From Lama guanicoe (taxonomy: Eukaryota), in the NCBI GenBank assembly GCA_013239625.1, contig MU053933.1:2967817-3031816 (forward strand): a stretch of DNA of 64,000 bases, given 5' to 3'. The notes below the pieces were generated by a model, which was given only the letters and a program-made list of their open reading frames with translations, had not been told where the DNA came from and ran no database searches. A program made the position numbers and the translations under genes. Numbering within the stretch: position 1 is the stretch's first letter; the number at the start of each line of letters is the position of its first letter. Shown here piece after piece: positions 1 to 12,017 of this stretch.

Positions 1-1208
1 TGGGTGTGCACACGTGTGTGCAGGTGTGCTTGTGCGCACCTGCTAAAGCACTTGCGCTGTGTGAGGGATGGCTGTTAGAGGGAGACGGCGTCGCCTGCAC
101 CCGTAAAGCTACACCCCCGGGCCCAGCTCGCCGGGAATGTGGCCCCACTCTGCTTCTCCCTGCAGAACCGGACTTCTGGGGGCCAAAGGGATGCTTCCAC
201 CCAGATCCTGTGCCCCTGCCTCGTGGGACCACCCTGGAGCCCCGCACCCTGGAGTCCTCTGCCGACTTCCTAGAGGACTTCCCTGGGACAGACCCAGGCG
301 CCAGTGCGTCCTGGGCGGCGGGGCAAGGGGTGGGGCTTCCTAAGCAAGGTGGGCAGAACTTGGCTGAGCAGGCTGGGCCATCTGCGCCCAGTGTGGGACG
401 GTGCCGGGGACGGGAAAGGGACAAGAGGCTCAAGGTGGCAGGGGTGGGCCTGCTGCAACCATTCCCACCACAGCTGGAGAAGCTCAGGGACCAGAGCACG
501 AGCTCCTGGCTCCTTCGTGCTCCCCACCGCCACAGACAGAGCCTGGAGGTAACGCCGGCTGGTGGGGAGCAGCTGGCATCCTGCCCCACCCCCCGGGCTG
601 TGGCCTGGGCAGCACAGACGAGGCGGGCAGGGGGCGGCCTGCGGTGGGGGTAGCGGTCAGCACGCGGCCTGGGGACGGCCTCTCATCCTTGTGGGGCCGG
701 GTCAGGAGACATTCCCAGGGTTCCTCCTTCACCCGGGGGGTGACTTGGGGTGTCTCCCCTGCCCACACCTCACTGGGAAGCCCACAGCCCTGATGTCCTA
801 CCTCCATCTTCCAGTCAAATCCCCCAAATTAGTCGCTATGTGGTTTATTTTACAGCCAAGTTTCGGGGCTTCGTTTACTGCTGCTTCTTGGTCTCACGTC
901 CTTCTTTTGGACTCAGTGTCCTCGTCGCGGGGCTGCAGCCCTTAGCAGTGGCTCTGGGACAGTCTGTGACTCTCCCTCGGTCTCTGTGGGCCTGAGAGGC
1001 CCTGGCCTCCTGCTGAGCGAGCGCACTGCCCGGCCCCTCGGCTCCCCTTGTCCCCCACTGCTGCGCCCGATGGCTTGCCCAGCCATCTCAGGTTGCCCCT
1101 CCCTCTCTAGTCACCTCTGAGGCTTCTCTTCCTTGGGGAATTCTGAGCTCTGATTTTGCTTGAGTCCTAGAGTGCCACTCCCGTCTTTTTTCAATCTTTA
1201 GTTATTTC

Positions 1209-1554
1209 TCTTATAGTCTGAATTGTGTCCCCAAATTCATACGCTGAAGACCCAACTCCCAGGACCTCAGAATGGGACTGTTTGGAGACAAGGCCTTTAA
1301 GGAGGTAATTCAGGAACAATGAGGCCATTAGGATGGGCCATAGTCCAAAGAGACAGAAGAAGAAATCAGGACACAGATGTGCACGGGGGCCGACCACGTG
1401 GGGGCACGGGGAAGACGGCTGTCTGCACACCCAGGAGAGGGGCCTCAGGAGGGGACAACCCTCCTGACACATGTGCCTCGGACTTCCAGCTCCAGGACTG
1501 TGACAGCGTGAACGCCTGTGGTACCGTGTTACCATGGCTGAGCTGACCGAGACG
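1209..1554 (+). mobile_element. MaLR solo LTR, MLT1B-like
   Basis: Collinear with the recalled MLT1B consensus: 'ctgaattgtgtccccaaattcatacgctgaag...cctcagaatgggactgtttggagacaaggcctttaaggaggtaatt...gacttccagctccaggactgtga'. Confidence 0.8.
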
Positions 1555-4500
1555 TCTTCCATTCTGGAAAATTGTTGGTCATTTTCTCTTTGAACGTTGC
1601 CTCTTTCTCATTCCTTCCTTACTGTCCACAGTGGGTTGTAACATCCTGTTCCTGGTGGTGGCAGCAAACTGGACCTTCTCAGCATCCGGGCCCAGCACCC
1701 CACCCGCACAACAAGTCCATCCTCTGCTTGCTTGCCCACTGGCCCGAGAAGCCCAGAGTGGCCGGAGTGGCAGTCATGCTTCTCGTCCAGTGGAGACACT
1801 GGCGGGAACATGCCCTGGCCCCGACCTGGGAATCAGGACTCCTCAACCAGCAGTGACAGGAGGCACTAAGCGTGTGACTGGTCCACCGGGGGTCATGGGG
1901 AAAGGGGCCCATGCCCCAGACGCATGGTTCCTGGGGCCTGTATTCAAGGTACAGGGTCCCAGCATGGTTTACTGACCATTGTGCCTGCACGAGTCCTGCA
2001 ACTAGAGGCCAGTGACTGAGTCCTGCAGGGTCTGGCCCGGAGCTGGCACCTTGGCTGAGCCGTGAGCCCGCCTTTCTGTTACTCTCATCAGGATGGCTGC
2101 TTCTTGGTGATGGGCATGTGGTAACAGCAGAGAATTCGGGGTCCTGGGTCAACTTTCATGACTTCTTTCTCCAGAGATTGGTCTTGTGGTGCAAGATGAC
2201 GCCACGTGAAACACCGTTCTGACTGTCCAGGGCAGCAGGATCGGCCATGCAGAATCTGAGGCTTAGCAGCCTGTGTCACTCTGGGTGACGGTCAGAGGTG
2301 CAGTCACGCGCTGGCTGAAGCTCTGGGGCAGCTGGGGCTGCAGGGCCTATTTCCCCAGCCTCCCCGTGGGCGAGCCTGGCACCGCACAGTGCTGCGGCCC
2401 CAGGCCGGCTTCCCCTGAGCAAGCGTCCCAAAACAGAAGAACTAGAAGCCGCTGCAGGCCTAGCCCCAGAAGCGGGCACAGAGTCACTCCTGTCACTCCT
2501 TGTTGGTCCAGAGACCTACCCAGTTCAAGGAGAAGGCGTGCAGACCTCACCTTTCAACAGGAGGAGGGTCAGAGGACCGGTGGCCCCTTCGATCTCCCAT
2601 AGACAGGACTGGGGATCGTGTGAGCCCTGGACAGGGTGCCGGAAGCCACCGTGAGGACAAGGGAGGAAATCCACACCCAGGGAGCATCACCACTGACACA
2701 CCAGTGTGGAAGGGCCGTCGCTCTCTCCTCCAAGGTGGAAGGTGCTGCCGGAGCTCGTCTGCCTCCATGAAGCTAGCAGATGTCCCCAGAGTGCGGAGCC
2801 ACATTGGGAGCTGGCTGGTCTGTGCCACTGGCAGGCTGGACACTTGGCAGCCACGTCACTGGACCAGACATGATGAGGGACCTTGCGTGCTTTCACTCCC
2901 TTCCGATGGCCCTCTGTCGTGGGACAGCAGCCTAAGCAGCGGGCGAGCTGAGGGCAGAGCTGGCTGAGACCCTCGGAGGAGTCGTCACCCACCTAGTTGT
3001 TGGTCCTCCCATGGCAGGAGACGCGTTCTGGCATATATCCATGCAAAGCACAAGGATGCCTGTGCACCAGGCCCTAATTCCTGGGGCGACACCCCAAGCC
3101 ATCCGTGTTTGCCTCGAGTCTGTGCCTGTCCCTACCTCATGGCACCTGCCATTGCACGTAAATGGAATGGCTAGTGTTGCACTCATAGTTTGTCCGCTGG
3201 GAGGACCTCCCCTCATCACCTCTCAGGCCACCCAGAGGCGTCCCCACATCTACCTGGCGCCAACATATTCTGCTGGCCTGTTTGCGTTCAGGCTGGAGTT
3301 TCCTCTCCTGTCATTCACCGTCGAGAACCGCTGGGAGACTGTGGGTGTCAGTGGAGGGAGAGGCAGTGGGATGTGGAGGCAGATGACGTGGGGCCTAGAC
3401 CTCAAGGCTCCCTTGAGCCCCTGTAATGTGCTCAGGCCTGGCCCCCAGGGACCATCTGCTCCGGGTGGAGGCTCCTGCATTCGTCCGCCTGCGACTCCGC
3501 AGCTCTGATGGCCTGAAGCTCACACCTTCTGTTCAGGGCAGCACCACCTTCTGCAAAGAGCTTTGCAAACACAATGTCAAGTCTCTTCCCTCGCCACCCG
3601 GATCACCACCTCCACGTCCCACGTGCCTGTGCCATCCTGTCTGTCTGGGAGCCCAGGGATGGCAGTGGTGCCGGCAGTGTGGCTTCACACCACATTCTTG
3701 TGCTTTGGGCACGGCCAGCTCTCGAGCCCAGCACGTGCCATCGCTGACACCATGCGAGGGGTCAGTGACCAGAAAGAGACAGAGCAGTGACAGCAGCACC
3801 TCCGTGCCCACAGGGACACCTGCTGGTGTCTGCTGAGCTTCACCTGGGGCGGCTCACGCGCTCCTCTGTGGTGCATTCGTGCAGCCGAGCAAGTGTCGGC
3901 AGCTCCTCTGGGCCCGTCCAGCCAGGGACAGACAAGAGGGTGGGCCCTGTGCTCTGCTGGCAGGAGCAGCGGTGTGGAAGGGCTGACATGCTGAGCAGTC
4001 CTCCGAGTCCTCCAGGGAGCCGCCCTCGGCCCTTGTGTCCGAGGCTCTCGGCACCCCGGCTCTGGGCTTGGCACATGAAAGCAGAGACCCCTTCACCTCC
4101 ACCCCAACCCCGGAGCTGGGACCCGAGGCGGAGGTGGGGAAGGAGACATGCCTGGCTGACTAGGATTTAGGATTCTCCTCGGCAGGAAGCAAGAGTGATG
4201 GGGGAGAGGCCACCTGCCATGAGCCGGGTCACCAAGCATGGCTCAGGGAGGGACGGTCCTTGGGCTTGCCTGGACAAGGGCTTGCGGGAGGAAGGGACCT
4301 GCCTTTGCAACCTGCCTGCCTGGCGGACAGTCTGTGGCTCTGGTCCTGTTCCCACGGCCTAGTGCGGGCCCCGCTGTTCATCTTGGGGGCCCACAGAGAC
4401 AGTGAGAGAGACGGAGGGTGCAACAGAGACCGCTGGTCACCCTTGAGACCTGGGATGATTTCCTGGTCACCTTGCCTTTGTTTGTGGGTTTGCAGACCCT

Positions 4501-5399
4501 GAGCGCCTCACTCCCCCTCCCCCACCGTCAGCAGGTAATTGGGGGAGGGGCCACACAGACCCTCCCTCTGGGAACCAGGTCAGTTTATGGTCTCCGCACA
4601 ACAAGGGCTTTTCCCCCATTAATATAATTTTTAGTGATAATTTCTCAACACTAACATTCTTGAACTTTCACCTTAAAACTCATCAGAGGTCCTGAAGGGC
4701 AGGCGTCAAAGACCAATAAAGCAGAAGGCGGTGCCAGTGGAAGACGAGGGCAGGGAGCACCCTCAGAAGGCTGGGGCCCACACACAGAGGGACTGGGGTC
4801 AGGCCTGCCCCCTCGCTCGCTTTCTGCGACAGAATATTCAACTAAACAGGTCTGCGTGTTTAGATTTGTCTCCACTGGTGCTAATTAGAGACGATTATTT
4901 ATGTGAACAGAGAAGTTTCACGTGAGCCTCAGCAAAAGATGCCGTGGATGAAGGGTCGTTTCCGACAGAACCTCAGCAGGACGGAGGGACCGAGGGAAAC
5001 GCAGCTGGCCCGCAGCGCCACCCCGGCGGGGACGGGCAGTGGAGCGGCGGAGCCTCTCCTGTGACAATGAGCCCTGCGTGGGGGGAGCGAGCACGCCGGT
5101 GGCCAGAACAAGGGGACTTCTCAAGGAGAGCTCAGGGCCGGGAGGTGCGGGGGAAGGGGTGGGGTCTGGGCTCTGAAAGTCTCCCAAAATAACAAGGAAA
5201 GTCTGGATGAGCTGTGAAGCCACCGCTGCTCGGGGCAGTGTGTGCAGAGGTGGGGCTTCTTTTCAGGGGCAAAAGGCCAGATGTCTCTTGTTGACAGAGC
5301 AAAGGAGAAAGACAAAGTCGGGGTCTCTGCTCTCAGCAGGGGCCGGGGGCGGGGGAGAGGCTGGAGGACCTGGGGGCTGGAGCTGTTCCCCTTCTCCCA

Positions 5400-5745
5400 C
5401 TCTCTGTCTCTGTGTCGCAGTGTCTTGCTCTCTCTGTCTCTCTGTCTCTGTCACTATCTCAGTGTCTCTGTGTCTGTCTGGCTCTGTGTTGCTGTGTCTC
5501 ACTCTCTCTGTCTCTCTGTCTGTCTCAGTGTCTCTGTCTGTCTGTCTGGCTCTGCTGGAAGTGGCTCAGTGTCTGTCTGGCTCTGTGTCTGTCTCTCTGT
5601 CTGTCTGTCTGGCTCTGTGTCTGTCTCAGTGTCTCTCTGTCTCTCTCATGTCTCTGTGTCTGTCTCAGTGTCTCTCTGCCTGTCTGCCTGTCTCAGTGTC
5701 TCTCTGTCTGTCTGTCTGTCTGGCTCTGCTGGAAGTGGCTCAGTG
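5400..5745. repeat. (TC/TG)-rich compound microsatellite/minisatellite
   Basis: Runs of tgtc, tctc and ctcagtg units. The 27-mer TCTGGCTCTGCTGGAAGTGGCTCAGTG occurs twice (5545-5571 and 5719-5745). Confidence 0.9.
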
Positions 5746-8700
5746 GCCCCTGAGCCTGTGCTGTCTGAACTGGAGGAGCTGTACAGGGCAGCTGAGCCTC
5801 CCCTGCTCTGTCCATGGTGGACTGTGGAGCGCAGCCATGCTTATTTCAAGATAAAACCTGATCTGATGGGCTGGCATGTCCCTGCAGGTGCAAGCAAGAC
5901 TCCTTCCCACGGCTGGCGTGTGTGTCCTTTGGGGTTCAGAGCCCCTGGTTCCATGCATGGTCTGAACCCAGCTTCCCAACAGTGGGGTGACTTTTCGTGT
6001 CTATGATAAGGACTGCTATCACTGCCGGCCCCTCATATCCTCAGGGTGGCTGCTGGGCGTTGTAAGGTGTGCCCAGGTATGAGGTGACTGTGGGTCTGGG
6101 AGACGCTCAGTAAGCAGGGCTGCTGTAGGGTATGGGTCCGCTGACCAGCCCCAAAGAGGCAAGTTTGAGTCCTGGCTGGCTGCGGCCCCTGCGCGCAAAC
6201 CCTTCTCTCTCTGTCTCCATTGGATGCTCCATCCACGCTCACCTCTCCTTCTGGAGCACACTTCCAGCTGTCATATCGTCTGAGCTGGGGCACCTGAGCT
6301 CTGCCTCTGGGCAGGCACAACCTCCTCCTGCAGTCACAGACCAGGGACGTGGCCGACGACCACTCGGGAGCTGCTTCTTCAGTAAGAGGGTGGGAGGCAC
6401 AGGGGCCTCATCACATCAGTCAGATGCTCCAGCAGTGGGGTGGGGTAGGGCAGGTGGCTCTGACGTCACAAGGGGCGCGCCCGCGCCTGCAGCCTGGGCA
6501 CACCCCGCCCAGGGCAGTGGGTGCAGAGCGTGTTTTACCTGCTCCCTGATGTCCACCCCATCCCTTGGCTGCCACAGTCACCTCTGCGCTCATAGACCCA
6601 GCCTCGCCTTCCCCGGCAGCTTTTTGTGAGGACAGTGGCATCTCATAGGAAAGGAGGTGTGGTTCTAAGAAAGAAGGCCTCCTGCCTCAGCGTTTTGTGA
6701 CGGGGATTTTAGCAGTGACATCCAGGGCTCCACTAGGTAAGCTGTGTCCTTGTGTTTCAGGCTGAGCCCCAGCTCTCCGGTGGCTGGGATGTGTGTGACA
6801 CTCAGGAAGGCCGAGTGCTGTGAGACTTCCCAGGGCTTGGTCTGACATCATTCCAAGTGGATGATAATTGCACAGCCTCTCCCCTCCCCACTCCCGGGCC
6901 CCCAGCAAGACACCAGGGAGTTATTTATAAACGTGGGTCTCTGGGTGTGCTTCTCAGGGGAAGGAAGGACAGGGCAGTGACAGATCTAGAGGTCTGCAAC
7001 ACACATCCAGGGTACTGGGCGAGGGGGTGGGGCTCACAAGACACCATGCGTAGAGGGTTGGAGGCAGGGTGGTCCCATTGAGAGGGGAGGAGCCCAGACC
7101 TGCTCCAGGCCCAGCTGCTGTGGTGGGGGGTGGGGGCGCTCCCCTCGGAAGCCTGGTTTTCAGAGATTGGCTACTCTGTGATAAGACACCAGCAGACGTG
7201 GATTGTCTTACGTGTCAAGGGCGGAGGCACAAGATGAGCTGCTTTTTTCTCTCCAGGGCGGGCAGGAACTGGAAATAATTGGAAGTTGTTAGGGTCCAAT
7301 GTGCTGTCCTGAAAACACTATCATTACTTCCTAATGACTAACTCTGTCTCAGGAGGCGATGAAGGCAGCCGAGAGGCCGAGAGCGCCCAGAGAGGATGGA
7401 GGAGTGGGCGGCTGGCAGCCTGTAATCTGGTGAGGGGTGCTGAGGGTGCTCTGCCTCACCCCCACCCCTGCTCTGGCCTCCGGATGGAACGTGACAGGAG
7501 CCACCTGCACTGCTGGGATGGGCTCCCGGGCCCCAGCCTCCGAGACTCACTTCTCAGGATGGACTCACCCCAGATGCTGGTAGCATTCCCGCTTCTCCCA
7601 GGGCTGATGTGGACCCTGCCCACAGCCTTTCTACTCTCTAGTCCCACCCTTTCTTTGTTAAAGGTTGTCTTTGAATCACACAAGCAACACTTGAGGACAA
7701 ATGAACCAGCACACAGCTGGTCCTCACCCAGCCCTGGCTCTCACTGATGGCTGCCCTGTGTCTGGTGTGGACAGAGTGTTGGCCAGCTCCGCCTGCTTCT
7801 GGGGGCCGGTGGAGTCCCTTGTGTGCTGTTGTGAGGTGCTATGGTCATTTCTGGTGCTGCCATAAAAAGAAGGGGTCGTAACAGTGATCTGTGAGTGGGT
7901 GGGCCTCCTACTGCCAGGCCACCAGCCCACAAAGGAGTTCACAGAGGAGAGGCCTGGGAAGCGCCACCTGCATTAGTCCAGGGGCAAACGATGCCCATGA
8001 GACCATGAGAAGGACTGCCTGCAGAGAGCAAAGCTGTATCCCCAAGCCAGTCCCCAAACCCTGCCCTGGTGACCTGAGAGCTGGGGGCTGGAGTTCCACC
8101 GTCCTGGAGGTGTCTGGCCACCCAGCTGACCCCTCCTGTTGCCCCAAGGCCTAAGGAGGCTGAGCAAGGCTGAGGGCCGTCTCTGCCCCTCTCCCTCCAC
8201 TGCCCCGCTGGCAGATCGGTAGAGGGATCCAGATATGGGCTGAGAGGGCAACTTCGCAGAACCCCGCCCCATCCTGCTGCCCGGCCCCACGCCTCGGTGC
8301 CTGTGACCTGGCTCGAGCCTTGAGAAACTGCGCTGCAAGAAACAATTCCACGCTAAGAAAAGCCGCAACGCACGGACGGGACACGCAGGTTCCGTGCCTG
8401 GAAAATGAGCGTAATAGAAAAAACCCAAAGCAGAACGCAGTCCAGGAGATAGGGAAAAGGGTTACGGAACAAAAACACCCTAGACATTCTCGGTCCCCTC
8501 CGGTCACCTGCGGACAGGTGTGCTGACTAGGCACCTGCGAGCGTCTATGGGCAAGCCCACCGCATCCTGCGGGGCGGGCAGCCGGAGACGGCGGTGGGAT
8601 TCACGGATTCCACAGCGCTGGAGGAAGAAAGGGCACCTGCTGAGGGATCGGGACAGACTGGGGTCCGGCTCGTGATCGGTGGGGCCACGACCATCGCGGG

Positions 8701-8929
8701 ACCCCGGACTCCGGGAGAGGCGGGGGCTGGCGCGCATCCTCGCTGGTGCTGGTCGCCTCCGGAGTCCGACCACCCAGGCCACAACCACGCCCCTGCAGGG
8801 ACCCGCCCGTTCGCCACCTGACAACCCTCCCCTTGTCCCCACCTCCTCAGTCCGGAGACCCGCCCCAGGCCACGCCCCCAGTGGTGGCCTCAGCTTCCCT
8901 TGGCCCTCCCCCCTCCCTGTTCTGGAACA

Positions 8930-9080
8930 AAGGCCCCGCCCCGCCCCAGCCTCGCTAATTGGTTTCTTTCCGCAGAGGTTGCCGAGCTCCGATTGGCCGA
9001 GCCCGTCGCCGTTCCGCCATCGGATTGGCCCGCGGCGCCCGCTTCGGCGAGGCCCTGCTCCTGGTCGGGGGCGGGGCCAG
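8930..9080 (+). promoter_or_regulatory. Core promoter: three inverted CCAAT (NF-Y) boxes flanked by Sp/KLF GC boxes
   Basis: ATTGG at 8958-8962, 8992-8996 and 9024-9028. GCCCCGCCCCGCCCC at ~8933-8947 and GGGGCGGGGC at ~9068-9077. No TATA box. Confidence 0.8.
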
Positions 9081-9099
9081 CGGCGGAGCTAGGCCCGGG

Positions 9100-9311
9100 A
9101 CTGGTCAGCGGCGCAGAGGGGGCGGGACCGCGCCGCGCGCAGCGCCTCGCCTGGAGCGCAAGGAGCAGCTACGGCCGTCTCAAACGCCTCAGTCGCCTCA
9201 GGCTCGGTCTCCTCAGGCTCCGCCGCCGCAGGGATCGCCCCGTTCCCACCCCCCGGCCCCGCCCCGGCCGCCCGCCGTCAGCCTGCGGACACGCCCTCTG
9301 CCGAGGGACAG
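9100..9311 (+). other. Putative non-coding first exon of an unidentified + strand transcript (TSS approximate)
   Basis: Lies just downstream of the CCAAT/GC boxes, has no ATG, ends in a perfect U1 donor CAG|GTGAGT (GT at 9312-9313), and is followed by a G-rich intron start. Confidence 0.7.
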
Positions 9312-9334
9312 GTGAGTGAGTGGTCGGTCGCCTG

Positions 9335-9740
9335 CAGGGCCAGGGATCGGAGGCGGGGAATCGGGGTCCCAGCCCGGGTCCTGCTCCGGATCGGGGGTCA
9401 GGGTCCGGGCCGGGGTGAGCCGGGGTCGGGGCCAGGGATCGTGGTCGAGCGTCGGGGGTCGGGGTCCGGGTTGGGATCCGGGCGGGAGATCGGGGGTCAC
9501 GCCGGTGCCGGGGTCCGGGTTGGGGTCGAGGTCGAGCCGGGGGTCGAGGCCAGGGGTCGGAGGTCCGTGGCCGGGGCCGGGGCCGGGGTCCGGGCCGGGC
9601 AGGGGGCGCAGGTCCCGGCCCGACCGCGCCCGGCCTTGAGCCCGGAGGACCCCCGCCCGGCCCGGACCAACTTGGGCGGCAGCCGGGTCGCCGGCGGGGC
9701 CGGGCGGGGCGGGGCGGGGTCCGGGCGGGCCCCGCGGGCC
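9335..9740 (+). repeat. Degenerate GGGGTC/GGGCC repeat tract (G-skewed, G-quadruplex potential)
   Basis: Many GGG(G) runs separated by tc/tcc/cc, e.g. 'gggggtcggggtccgggttggga' and 'ggggccggggccggggtccgggccggg'. Confidence 0.75.
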
Positions 9741-10412
9741 GCCGGAGCGCCCCCTCCTCAAGGTAGCGCCGGGGCAGAGGCTGCGCGCGCCGGAGACAGC
9801 CGAGGCGGGCGGAAAGCGGACGCGGGGAGGATTTAAGAGTGAAGCGGTACGTGGCTTGGGCGGAACGCGGACCCCGCCTCGGCCGCCCCGGCTCCCCACC
9901 CCCGCCCCAAACCCTGAAGTTGTAAACAAGAACTGCGCTCTCGAAAACAGGGCGTCGGGCTTGCTTGTCAGTAGACATCCGCCACGATTTTGCTCTGGAC
10001 TTTATGAGGCTTAAATTTCAAAACGGTCTAAGTTTCGTCGCGTCTGACTGAGGAACGTTCTGAGGAAAACACGACCTCCGCGCGCGGCTCGCGGCGGGCG
10101 GGACGGAGGGCGGGAAGCAGCGCGCACGGAGGGCGGCGGCGGCGGCGCCCCCCGCGCCGCGCGCCGCGGGGGAAGGGGACGTGTGCCGGTGCCTTTGTGC
10201 GCCCCTCCACCCCCGCCCCGCCTCGGCCACGCAGCGGTTCATCTGCCTGCTGACCCTGCGTCGGCGCCAGGAGCAGGTTAGATGGGGCGGGGGCAGGTTC
10301 TTCCCTTTCGGCCACTGTATTTTCTTCTTTTATTTGGGGGTGGGTCAAAAAGTGTTTCCACTTACTGTTCCCACCAGTGTTCTGCTCTGGACGTATCATT
10401 GACTGAAAGTGT

Positions 10413-10436
10413 TTATTATTATTATTATTATTATTA
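10413..10436. repeat. (TTA)n microsatellite
   Basis: ttattattattattattattatta. Confidence 0.9.
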
Positions 10437-12017
10437 ATTATTTTTGGTCTCTAGTGTTAATACTTCCCCCCTTACTACTCTGAAGTATATTACTTGCATA
10501 ACAAATTTTGGAAGTTAACAAAAAGTCCGGTCCTAAAGCCTGTTCCTGGGGTTGATTATCTCCCTCCCACCTTCCTCTGAGGTAGCACGGGCTTCTGGGT
10601 CTCTTTGGCCCTGCGTGTGAGCTAACAGCGCTCTGCGTTGATGAGGACTTACGATGTGTGATTCACCAAAAGGAATCCTGGGGTAGTAGGACCTTGATGA
10701 GAGACCTTTGCAGAGTAGACTGGGTGATGAACAGACCCTCCAGTTCACACTGTTCCTCTCCCACATCCTTCTGAAATTAACTTGCTTTCAGGGGGTTAGC
10801 TGTTGTCCCTTTTCTCGAACTTGGCTTTAGAATTGCGAACCAAAGGAAATGTGCAAGGGTGCTTCCCTATTGAAGACAACTGACTTCCAGTCCCTTTGTA
10901 CACAAGAACAACTCATCATATTAAAATGTCTCAGAGACGTGTATTTTGGTCCAAGGTGACGGTTTGCAGAACGGTGACACTCTGGAGGGATCGTTGGCAA
11001 GATCCCAAAAGATCTCTCACTAATCCTCACATTGGGGGAGCTGGAGTAGTTGTAGGGGATGTGTTCAGACTTGGAGATCCATCAGAAACCAAGGGGTCTT
11101 CAAATAGAGATGCAATCGCTGACTAACTGACACTGGTCACTTCCAAGCACTGATGCTTTACTCTTGCATGTAGATGCTGCTGTTTATACAGTGCAATGTT
11201 CATTGCAAGTGTGTTAGAATTTATATAACTTCATGCATTTTCTGAGTCAGTTAATACCCAATATTATAAGGTTTTGAAAAAAGATTTGATGGTAAAAGGA
11301 GTTGTTTTGTTTTGTTTTGTTTAACTGAAAAGATTGGATATCCTGTGTAGAATTTAGGGCTTGTGACTGGTATTGACACAGGTGGTGGTGATATTGGACT
11401 TTAGAACATCACTTTTCTACATATATTTATTAATACTCAGGGTTAGAAATACATAGCTTTATGATTACATTTTGAAGCTATTCATGAGAAAATTTCAACA
11501 CATGGGTTCATTTTATTTAGAAGGAAGCTATCTTTCCCCCTGATGCTCGAGGAAGGCTGACAGCATGCTGTGTTTGTGTTTGCAAAAGTCCCATGAGGTC
11601 CTTGAAACAGTCTAGCCATTCAAGGCTGAATGCTGTGTTTCTGTTTCAACAATTTCAGTTCCTGAACCTGTAGCCATTTCATGGACCTCCAGCCATGTGT
11701 CAATGGTAAAGTCATTCCTATTTTCACAGATATCTCAGGGCTGTATTATAAAAGTAATCACTGAAGCCGATCTTGGTAGGTAAAAGTTGTATACCCCTTT
11801 GGTGAAGAAGGCTGTCCTTTGAGCAATAACAAAGAAAAATACCTGCTAATGTATTGTAACCACCCCAAGTTAAACATTAGAAAGGATACTGTAGATTCTG
11901 GGGGAGGCTCTGGTGTCTCTCAGCTCTCAGCCCTGGCGGCAAGCAAGTGGTGGGGTCCACTGTCCATGGTGCTGAATGTGTGGATTTCTGTTTCTTTGTC
12001 TCAAATTTCCTTTCCAG

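Larger units (their letters stand above)
8350..10300. promoter_or_regulatory. CpG island / promoter
   Basis: Very high GC and dense undepleted CpG compared with the flanks. It contains GC boxes, CCAAT boxes and a first-exon donor, and the sequence turns abruptly AT-rich at ~10.4 kb. Confidence 0.93.

Noticed and set aside
5207..6006. 215- and 254-aa Ser/Leu/Cys/Val-rich ORFs
   Set aside because: Translations of the TC/TG microsatellite.
6..8300. Many 60-215 aa ORFs in the GC-rich upstream region
   Set aside because: They overlap on both strands, are low-complexity (Pro/Gly/Arg/Ser), show no recognisable domains or exon structure, and are expected from stop-codon scarcity at high GC.
8785..8890. 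CTCF-like words (cgcccctgcagg, cgcccccagtgg)
   Set aside because: Each is one base short of the core spacing; more simply GC-box-like sequence.
8900..9978. Long ORFs (up to 269 aa) in the CpG island
   Set aside because: Pro/Arg/Gly-rich reads of the GC tract that cross the splice donor, with no protein family signature.
10637..10775. Three TGATGA words plus CTGA suggesting a C/D box snoRNA
   Set aside because: No terminal stem or convincing C/D spacing and no recognisable rRNA/snRNA guide; likely chance.
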